Shown: positions 25,633 to 32,411 of the stretch, piece by piece
How positions within the stretch are numbered: the first letter of the stretch is position 1
Layout of the letters: every line of letters begins with the position of its first letter
Assembly: GCA_021162855.1 (NCBI GenBank)
Contig: JAGGXY010000083.1
Coordinates: 1-32,411, forward strand
Direction of reading: 5' to 3'
Source: Methanobacteriota archaeon
Lineage (GTDB): Archaea; Thermoplasmatota; B47-G6
Length of the DNA stretch: 32,411 bases
Program-made: the position numbers and the translations under genes
Notes under the pieces: model-generated
What the model saw: only the letters and a program-made list of their open reading frames with translations
Databases searched by the model: none
Told to the model about the DNA's origin: nothing

Positions 25633-27268
25633 GATGTCTCACCTTAACACCAAGCCCTCTTGATGCATCTTTGAGCATTTTTCCAGACATTCTAGCAATA
25701 CCGACAGCTCTGAGCTCTCCGTTATGCGTTATTATCACCTCGTCCCCTTCCCTTATGTGTTCATCTGCATCAATAATACCCGCACAGAACACCGAGCCTT
25801 TAGGAATGAAATCATCTATTTCCACCCAAAACATGTTCGACTTCAAGAGATATTCTGCACCATGTAATGTAAACGAGTAGTATCCCCTTCTAATGTCGAA
25901 GCTTGCTATCTGTTTCCTTTCCATCAGGAGACGAGACCTAGGCAGATCTTTACCTGCGACTGTGTCAAATGCCAAGTACTTTGACGCTTCCATTAACTGA
26001 TAAGACAAAACACCAAAGGCACTTTCCTTAAGATATGTCCTTTTGTCCACATAATCCAATCCCTCTAATACATCATTTAGTACCTTTACTAAACTTTCTA
26101 GAGATTCCTTACTCGTTATTTTCTTTCCTTGTGGCGCCGTGAACAAGACATCACCTAATTCGGAAAGAAATTCATAATCCTCTGGTACATGTGCTATAAT
26201 TGCTCTGTATCTTCCTTTATTAATGATGCTCTTTATAGAATCAATTATTACCCTTATTTCCTCATAAGACCAAGAGCCCGTAACTGGAACATCATAATTT
26301 TGTGCAGGATAGACGTACTCAAGCTCCCTAGGTACAGCACCAAGTGGTGAGGTTACTATAACCTCATGTATTGCGTACCTGTTTTTGATCTTAGACAGCG
26401 CTTTCAGGATCTCCCTATGGGTCTTTGATTTTGAGTATGGCTTCCTATACGAGCAGGGTATCAAAAGAAGCACTCTTTCACTCCTTGGTGGCACATAATA
26501 CTCTCGTAGCCTTTCAATGTACCTCCTTACGTCAGGTCTATATAATGCCTCCTCAAAGACTGTCATAAGGACTTTTTTCTCATTTAACACAGGATACCCT
26601 CTTTCAAGTTCTTTAAAATAGTCCTTTTCTCCGATTTTTATCATGGAAGCGTTATATTGTGATTTTCTTGCAATGATCTCTATATAATCTCGAAGTCTTT
26701 TTTCATCTATAAGCTTCCTGACTTTCTCAGCAACTTTCACCATGTTCCTAGCTATGACGTTTCTCTTAGGATCTCCTACAAGGAATGCATCGTCAACTAA
26801 GTCCACACCAAAATAATATAAAATTGGAAGACTTCCTGGTTTAAAATATCCAGAAACATAAAGTATAGCATCGTCTCTCATTACTCTTCTGATTTTTATT
26901 ATAGTATCTAGTGTCCTCCTATAACTGCTTCCAACATCTTTCGAAATAATTGTGAACACTATATCCACGTCCTTTAGTGACTCTTTAGGAGCACCTATGA
27001 CTAGTGCTACGTTTCCCTCCTTTACTATTTTCTCATCATATGGTATATAATCCGCTCTTGGAAATCTTATGAGTGCACCTTCATGAGTCTTATATGATGT
27101 CGCAAATGAAATAATATCTCCGGGAATTCCATTATCCACAAGATTTCCATAAATAATGACATTCGGGGTTTCAAAGCGCTTTTCTTTGTTATTATTTTTA
27201 TCTTTTATGGTAATCATTAAATGCCTTGCAAGACCCAATTGAGATACAGGCTCTATAATCATTTCCAT
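25625..27268 (-). CDS. arcS: Archaeosine synthase ArcS (TgtA2-like, C-terminal PUA domain)
   Basis: It has the conserved ArcS motif PCSYRKPYSKSKTH (PC-x3-KPY-x2-S-x2-H). A C-terminal PUA-like domain is present (IREGDEVIITHNGELRAVGIARMSG). Length is 547 aa. Confidence 0.85.
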   Translation of the reverse strand: MEMIIEPVSQLGLARHLMITIKDKNNNKEKRFETPNVIIYGNLVDNGIPGDIISFATSYKTHEGALIRFPRADYIPYDEKIVKEGNVALVIGAPKESLKDVDIVFTIISKDVGSSYRRTLDTIIKIRRVMRDDAILYVSGYFKPGSLPILYYFGVDLVDDAFLVGDPKRNVIARNMVKVAEKVRKLIDEKRLRDYIEIIARKSQYNASMIKIGEKDYFKELERGYPVLNEKKVLMTVFEEALYRPDVRRYIERLREYYVPPRSERVLLLIPCSYRKPYSKSKTHREILKALSKIKNRYAIHEVIVTSPLGAVPRELEYVYPAQNYDVPVTGSWSYEEIRVIIDSIKSIINKGRYRAIIAHVPEDYEFLSELGDVLFTAPQGKKITSKESLESLVKVLNDVLEGLDYVDKRTYLKESAFGVLSYQLMEASKYLAFDTVAGKDLPRSRLLMERKQIASFDIRRGYYSFTLHGAEYLLKSNMFWVEIDDFIPKGSVFCAGIIDADEHIREGDEVIITHNGELRAVGIARMSGKMLKDASRGLGVKVRHHV

Positions 27269-27837
27269 GTCACCTTCACTAGGTACAACGTCTCAAACAT
27301 GATCCTCTTTTCACAGACTATCTCCACACGATATTTCTGTGGAAACACTTCTTCAGGACTTTTTATTCCAGTAAGTGATGAATAGACCATGTACATTCTT
27401 CCGTCCTTCTTTAGAACCTTTGGAAGGTCTCTATTAATGAACCTCTCTATGATCTCTCTTCCCCCATACCACCATAGATCTTCATGTATATTATCCTTAA
27501 ATGGTAAATATGGGGGATTAAAGGTTATAACATCGAACTCTCCCTTTACGGCTTCTGCAAGATCACATCTAATAAGATCTATATTGACTTCGTTAAGCTC
27601 TGCGTTCATCTTTGCACATCTAATAGCATTTATATCTATATCTGTAGCGACTACATAGAACCCCAACTTGGCCAGCCATATTGCTATTATTCCGGATCCC
27701 GTTCCCACATCAAGGGCAAGTCCAGGACCTTTTTCGTCTAGGTTATCAAGTATCAAGTAAGTATCCTCTGCTGGTTCATAAACGCCATCACAAACAAGCA
27801 CCCTTATGCCATCATGAAAAGCACACTTCAAGGTCAA
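27259..27837 (-). CDS. HemK/Mtq2-like N5-glutamine (NPPY) methyltransferase
   Basis: The SAM-binding motif is LDVGTGSGIIAIW and the catalytic motif is FNPPYLP. The start is a non-ATG codon (TTG27837) directly abutting the ksgA stop, and its exact position is uncertain. Confidence 0.75.
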   Translation of the reverse strand: MTLKCAFHDGIRVLVCDGVYEPAEDTYLILDNLDEKGPGLALDVGTGSGIIAIWLAKLGFYVVATDIDINAIRCAKMNAELNEVNIDLIRCDLAEAVKGEFDVITFNPPYLPFKDNIHEDLWWYGGREIIERFINRDLPKVLKKDGRMYMVYSSLTGIKSPEEVFPQKYRVEIVCEKRIMFETLYLVKVTWK

Positions 27838-28647
27838 TCACCAGGGGTTCCCTCCATGTGGCTTCCTCTCGCTTATATAATTCACCAACTCCGCTATCTG
27901 TTCTATTGAAAGAGCATCACCCCTCATCTCTAAATAAGGGGCATCTTCGTCAAATGGTATTCCATAATTTCTTAATATGTTTCTTACCTTTTTTCTACGC
28001 TGAGAGAAGAGAATCCTAGTAATTTCAAAGAATAGTTCCTCACTTTTTACATGAACTCTAGGCTCCTTAAGTCTCCTGAACCTAACAATTCGCGAGTATA
28101 CTTCAGGTTTTGGATAAAATGCCTTTGGACTTACCTCATCCAGAAGCTCTACGTCAGCATAGTAGTTTACTAGTATTGTAATCCTTCCATATTTTTTCGT
28201 CCCGGGATCTGCTTTAAACCTCTCAGCAAACTCTTTTTGATACATTAAAACTGCGATATCAAATTTTAGTAGTAATATCTTGGCTGTTATCTGTGAGGAT
28301 ATTGCATAAGGTATATTTCCAATTATTTTATTAAAATCTGGAAGCTCTATCTTAAGAAAATCCCCAACAATAACCTCAACATTGTCTCTTGCCAGTTTTC
28401 TAGTAATTTCTGCCATTCTTGCATCTTTTTCTACGGCGTAAACCTTCTTTACATGTGCTGCAACCAGGTTAGTAAGTATTCCTAACCCAGAACCTATCTC
28501 AAGAACAATATCATCTTTCTGTGGCTCCAAATATTGGATAACTTTTTTCATTATCTTTTCATCGACTAGAAAATGTTGACCAAGCTTCTTTGATATTGAA
28601 ATGTTATACCTCTTAAGAAGCCATAACACATCCCTCTTTAAGCTCAT
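27838..28647 (-). CDS. rsmA: 16S rRNA (adenine1518/1519-N6)-dimethyltransferase KsgA/Dim1
   Basis: The motifs GQHFL, LEIGSGLGILT and GNIPYAISS are diagnostic for KsgA. Confidence 0.93.
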   Translation of the reverse strand: MSLKRDVLWLLKRYNISISKKLGQHFLVDEKIMKKVIQYLEPQKDDIVLEIGSGLGILTNLVAAHVKKVYAVEKDARMAEITRKLARDNVEVIVGDFLKIELPDFNKIIGNIPYAISSQITAKILLLKFDIAVLMYQKEFAERFKADPGTKKYGRITILVNYYADVELLDEVSPKAFYPKPEVYSRIVRFRRLKEPRVHVKSEELFFEITRILFSQRRKKVRNILRNYGIPFDEDAPYLEMRGDALSIEQIAELVNYISERKPHGGNPW

Positions 28648-29291
28648 ACTATAGCCCTCGGTGCTGGCTTCTTCTGATAATGTGTGAAAAGTCTTACAGG
28701 AATCTCCTCCTCAAGCATCTCTTTTAATATCCTCTCTCGAAACATCTTTATGGGATCCTGTATTCCTTTCACTCTTGATTTCAGATCTTCAAAGCTCTTG
28801 AATGGTGCCTTTTCCCTTTCCTCTATGATTTGATTAACAACTTTCTTTCCAAGACCTGGAATAAGCTCTAACTTATGCGTTCTTAAGTTTAATGGACCCG
28901 CAGTATTTATGAACTCTATGAACCTGTGCTCTTGATCCAATATTATCTGCTCTAAAACTTTAGGAAGAGACTTCTTTGCTATATCAGATAACTCGTCATA
29001 GAATACCTTTCTCCTAACCTTTTCTATCTTTTTCCGCATTCTAAGATTTTTGCCAATATATACTTTCTCTCCTATCTCTAAATTAGCATTCCTTCTTGGA
29101 GTGAGTTCTAATAATGTGAAATTTTTATCTCCTATAGCATATGCGATGAATTCTTCACGAACAGTACCAGTACGCTTGTCCTCAGACCATTTCTTCACGA
29201 CGTCTAATATGTATGCAAAGTCCTCTAACTCCTGAGGATTCTTTTTCTTCCTATCATCCCGTACTCGATGAGATCCACGAGGTCTTCGCAT
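28644..29291 (-). CDS. DUF655 protein (OB-fold + helix-hairpin-helix nucleic-acid-binding protein conserved upstream of ksgA)
   Basis: The sequence FAYILDVV...FTLLEL...IGEKVYIG...LELIPGLGKK...FKSFEDL fits DUF655 (COG1491). Its neighbourhood with rpoF and ksgA is the conserved archaeal arrangement. The start is ATG29291 or GTG29300. Confidence 0.8.
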   Translation of the reverse strand: MRRPRGSHRVRDDRKKKNPQELEDFAYILDVVKKWSEDKRTGTVREEFIAYAIGDKNFTLLELTPRRNANLEIGEKVYIGKNLRMRKKIEKVRRKVFYDELSDIAKKSLPKVLEQIILDQEHRFIEFINTAGPLNLRTHKLELIPGLGKKVVNQIIEEREKAPFKSFEDLKSRVKGIQDPIKMFRERILKEMLEEEIPVRLFTHYQKKPAPRAIV

Positions 29292-29511
29292 GGCATACAC
29301 CTAAACTTGTTTGATCACTTGCTATTAGGTAATGCCTATACCCTTAAGTATTTATTATTTGCAACAAAAAATTTACAAAAGTATTGCCAAGTGAACCTTA
29401 GTATGCTCTATTTTACAGTCCGTAGATACTACCCTGCCGGAGTGCCCAATCTTAAGCTCACTTGAGGGAAATGTGAAAAACTGCTTCGAAGAACTATCGG
29501 CGTATTTTATA

Positions 29512-29937
29512 TCACTGAGATATCACTTCCTTAATGATTTCTAGTATCTTTTTAGCATCCTCCTCCTTAAGAACTACGTTGAACTGATCTTGAATCACAT
29601 AGAGCTCTATAAGATTCCTTGGGAGTAAATCAACGATTTTTGAAAGGAGACCTTTTAGTTCCTGATCACTTATGGTATATTGAGTCCAATCTATTTCTTC
29701 CCTGATTCTCTTCTTAAGCTCCACAGCCTTTTCATAATCAATAGGCTTTATTCTCCTAAGATAGTCCAAGAAGGCCCTCGCAACTATGGAGTCTGGCAAG
29801 GTCTTCCCTTCTTCATCATATGTAGGGTTCAATGAGGGTGGAAACTCCTTGTCCTTAAGTTTTTCCTTTAATAATTTATATGCTTCTGTAAGTGATAATG
29901 GTTCCTCTTCTACGATTCTTTGATCCAATGTGAACAC
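29512..29937 (-). CDS. rpoF: DNA-directed RNA polymerase subunit Rpo4/F
   Basis: The C-terminal region LLSKIVDLLPRNLIELYVIQDQ...EEDAKKILEIIKEV resembles archaeal RpoF. Its position between rpl21e and DUF655-ksgA is the conserved archaeal arrangement. The start is a non-ATG codon (GTG29937). Confidence 0.65.
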   Translation of the reverse strand: MFTLDQRIVEEEPLSLTEAYKLLKEKLKDKEFPPSLNPTYDEEGKTLPDSIVARAFLDYLRRIKPIDYEKAVELKKRIREEIDWTQYTISDQELKGLLSKIVDLLPRNLIELYVIQDQFNVVLKEEDAKKILEIIKEVISQ

Positions 29938-29981
29938 CCCTTAAATTTAATTGAAAGAGGAGGACACTACAGAGAACTTTA

Positions 29982-30296
29982 TTAGGCTTCAGCAGGCTTC
30001 GTCACTTGTATTGGTTTAAGATGTACTGGAAGGGCTATGATCTTCTTGTACTTACCGCCATCACGAATTCTAACAACATACGCTTTACCTTGTTTTCCTA
30101 TGACAACCCCTGTGCGACCTTGGAACCTAGGATGAGGCATTCCCTTATGCACACTCGGTTCTATATCTATTGTTACATAGTCTCCTGTGTTAAACTCCTG
30201 AAGAAACCTTGTAATTGGAGGCATCCCTCTTTCTCTCGGTGACTTACTTAGCTTCTTCCTAGTTTTTCTCCTAAATCCATGATGCTTTTTGACCAT
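29982..30296 (-). CDS. rpl21e: 50S ribosomal protein L21e
   Basis: The sequence [16 protein letters not shown]...[28 protein letters not shown] is typical L21e. ATG30296 follows GGAGGGATTAAGG. The track start is TTG30311. Confidence 0.93.
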   Translation of the reverse strand: MVKKHHGFRRKTRKKLSKSPRERGMPPITRFLQEFNTGDYVTIDIEPSVHKGMPHPRFQGRTGVVIGKQGKAYVVRIRDGGKYKKIIALPVHLKPIQVTKPAEA

Positions 30297-30298
30297 CC

Positions 30299-31531
30299 TT
30301 AATCCCTCCAATCAACTTCTATTACGTCTAATTCTTTAACCTGAGCTTTTACTCCAAGCAGATCTGATAGGTTCGGTGTAGTCCTCCCCAAATCTCCATT
30401 TATGAGCTCTTTTATGTACGTTCCACCATCTGTATATAGTTCTATCACGGCCTCTTGGCCCTTATATTCAATAAGCCTTGCTTCATATATTTTCCTGCGC
30501 CTTAATAAATTTCCTCTTCTGTGAAGGACCCTAAGAGGAGTCCATTGATTAATCTCCGTCCCGCTTAACGTCTCAAGAGCTTTTATAAGATCCTCTTTTG
30601 GCACAGCCTTCTCGAAGGTCACTACTGCCCTATACCTCTTCTTCGGATTATAGCTCTTGATCCTAAGGACGTCCTCATAAGTAGCATACCTTATTAGCTT
30701 AACCTCCACCTTCCCATTAGCTTTCTTATTGATTTCTTCCTCCAATACTCTAAGATCAACCCGTCTTCTCTTTGGCTTTATTAGTTCTAAGACAAAAGGC
30801 CTTCCATTTCCGAGCATTCTTGCGTCTATGTCTTCTCTCCCCATGGCATGCAATCTATGATCCTCTGCGTCAAAGAACTCCTTTGCGACATCACCAATAA
30901 GCTCTTGCACGCTTGTTTCATAAAGTGTACCACGGTAATTACATTTTTCGCACCCTATGCCATCACAATATGGACACAGCCATCTGCTCTGTGGAATACC
31001 TCTCACAAGTTTTTTATATCTTCCATAAATGTATACAGGAGAGATTATTATCTCAAGATAGTCAAATCTTGTATCAACTACTATCGTCACATCAGGTCTC
31101 TTAGTTTTTCCTTTTTTGCCTGTAAGTCTTGAAATAAGTTTCCCAAGTTCTCTATTAAATTCCATCTTTATTGATTCTGCATATTCAGAGCCGAATTTAT
31201 TTAAAATTTCTTCCTCCTTCATGAGTATCTCAGCATCAAACCTTGATCCTATGAGAAAGGACTCAAATTCTATATCTTTTGTTTTTTCAATGACCATTTC
31301 TGCATACATTTCTAGACTTTTCCTAGAAAATATACCCCTACAAAGCTCACATTTCTCTGGAGGAATCTCCTCTAGGGCAAGGACCTCTCTCAAGATACTT
31401 CCTCGTTCATAGTTACTCATACCATGACCTATTCTTGCAAACATCCTTCCCAAACAGTGGTTGCATAATTTGTATTCTTCCAAGATCTTCCTTGCTTTCT
31501 CGATTATCTTAGGGTCTCTAAGATCTTCCAT
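30299..31531 (-). CDS. pus10: tRNA pseudouridine(54/55) synthase Pus10
   Basis: The N-terminus has a zinc-binding CNHCLGR...CELCRG motif and a THUMP region. The catalytic motif is [19 protein letters not shown]31531 is preferred over GTG31540. Confidence 0.9.
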   Translation of the reverse strand: MEDLRDPKIIEKARKILEEYKLCNHCLGRMFARIGHGMSNYERGSILREVLALEEIPPEKCELCRGIFSRKSLEMYAEMVIEKTKDIEFESFLIGSRFDAEILMKEEEILNKFGSEYAESIKMEFNRELGKLISRLTGKKGKTKRPDVTIVVDTRFDYLEIIISPVYIYGRYKKLVRGIPQSRWLCPYCDGIGCEKCNYRGTLYETSVQELIGDVAKEFFDAEDHRLHAMGREDIDARMLGNGRPFVLELIKPKRRRVDLRVLEEEINKKANGKVEVKLIRYATYEDVLRIKSYNPKKRYRAVVTFEKAVPKEDLIKALETLSGTEINQWTPLRVLHRRGNLLRRRKIYEARLIEYKGQEAVIELYTDGGTYIKELINGDLGRTTPNLSDLLGVKAQVKELDVIEVDWRD

Positions 31532-31925
31532 GTTTACCACCCTTTTGAATAGTGATTTTCATTATCGTAGTGTTTATCAGGGCCATAGTCTCATATAACG
31601 GATAAGCAAGTTCTCCCACAGGTAATCTCTTAAATAATCTTGCACTATCTCCCAAACGCGTGTCTTTGTCTATTAACAAACCAAATATATATCCTTCGCC
31701 GGACTTGTCCTTTATTGTACCTATGAACATTAGATCCTCTTGAGACGCTTCTATTCCACATTCCTCAAAGAGCTCTCTCAGTGCAGCTTCCTCCGGAGTC
31801 TCTCCCTCTTCTATGGACCCTCCAGGCAGCTCCCAACCCTTCTTCCCGCGATACATCACGACTTCTCCTGTGCTTGTTACAGGAACAACAATGACAAACC
31901 TCTTAAGAGCGTTCACAGTACTCAC
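31518..31925 (-). CDS. Nudix hydrolase
   Basis: The Nudix box reads GGSIEEGETPEEAALRELFEECGI. The start is GTG31925 or TTG31928, following GAGGT. The 3' end overlaps the pus10 start. Confidence 0.85.
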   Translation of the reverse strand: MSTVNALKRFVIVVPVTSTGEVVMYRGKKGWELPGGSIEEGETPEEAALRELFEECGIEASQEDLMFIGTIKDKSGEGYIFGLLIDKDTRLGDSARLFKRLPVGELAYPLYETMALINTTIMKITIQKGGKHGRS

Positions 31926-32089
31926 CAAATGACCTCGATGTGCTCTTCAAAACGACACTACATAAATAAAATGTAATGATAGCGAGGATTATATGCAAAT
32001 AAATTTAAGAAGAAGAAAGCTAAAGATATCAAAGGATTTAAAAACATATACTTGATAGATCATATTTTCACAAGCGTTGCTCTCGTCCT

Positions 32090-32411
32090 TGTGGTCTTCA
32101 TTGGGCTTTTGTGGTGCACGCGGACTCCACGCATCTCCCGTTTCTATTCTCTCCCATTGGATCTTTATTTTTACTGTCATTTGGGGTGTTTGAGTGCCTT
32201 GCCAGGCCTGTAGAGCTTATCTATATAAGTATGACACTATAAAACCTATTTAAACTTACCATTACAGTAATAGCCTTTGAGCAATTATGACATAAACATT
32301 ACATGATCTCAATCAAGAACCGTTTCCTCCTGCATCCATTTTTATTTATTTTAGCCATTTTCGATTCTTACGAGAGCAAATAGAGCGTTCTTGTGGTGCA
32401 GGAGGTTGGCC
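32090..32411. repeat. Degenerate third copy of the 9561-9860-type element, truncated by the window edge
   Basis: Short matches to copy 1 occur in the same orientation and order. CTTCATTGG..GCTTT..CACGCG at 32096-32125 matches 9581-9609. TCCCATTGG at 32153-32161 matches TCCCATTTGG at 9637-9646. TTTAAAC..ACAG at 32249-32266 matches TTTAAAAATTGCAG at 9703-9716. GCAAATAGAGC...GGTGCAGGAG at 32376-32402 matches GCAAATGAGAGCAGGGTGCAGGAG at 9818-9841. This copy is more AT-rich, and the helices seen in copies 1 and 2 are not preserved. Confidence 0.3.

Noticed and set aside
31989-32180. 63-aa minus-strand ORF in the terminal noncoding region
   Set aside because: It has no ribosome-binding site and no recognisable family. 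It spans the degenerate repeat copy and the AT-rich spacer, so it is most likely a chance ORF.
1-32411. CRISPR arrays, tRNA/rRNA genes, IS elements, toxin-antitoxin or other defence modules
   Set aside because: I scanned all intergenic gaps and both strands by eye. I found no regularly spaced direct repeats, no T-loop or acceptor-stem patterns, and no transposase, integrase or nuclease-like ORFs. tRNAscan-SE, Infernal and a defence-system finder would be needed to confirm the absence.

Overview
This is an AT-rich archaeal chromosomal window with hyperthermophile-style signals. Coding DNA is roughly one-third G+C by eye. It shows GGAGGTGATC-type Shine-Dalgarno sites, TTTAWA TATA boxes and oligo-T runs after genes. 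I count about 33 tightly packed protein genes, many with overlapping start and stop codons, and nearly all are housekeeping. They include ribosomal proteins L40e (a short ORF missing from the track) and L21e, RNA polymerase subunit Rpo4/F, SRP54, LeuRS, NOG1 GTPase, Hsp20 and a TIP49-like AAA+ ATPase. Also present are FBP aldolase/phosphatase, CTP-dependent riboflavin kinase, a PPAT fused to a YjjX-type NTPase, an MtnA-like isomerase and a DUF62 SAM hydrolase. RNA-modification genes are strikingly dense: queE-queC-queD (preQ0), arcS-raSEA (archaeosine), Trm10, TrmY, Pus10, KsgA and an Mtq2-like methylase. A MOP flippase, a GT2 glycosyltransferase and a 935-aa sequon-rich membrane-anchored protein make up the envelope component. 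I saw no transposase, integrase, CRISPR array, tRNA or rRNA gene. Proteins do not explain two GC-rich, ORF-free islands (about 9372-9765 and 18725-19243). These share a homologous module of about 200 nt that includes a near-identical TATA/BRE-like element and a 37-nt block identical at 34 of 37 positions. Helices in this module are maintained by compensatory substitutions. I read them as two paralogous structured ncRNAs of unknown class, most likely on the minus strand. A degenerate third copy runs off the 3' edge of the window, and another GC-rich structured stretch sits at the 5' edge. All alignments and folds were done by eye and need computational confirmation.
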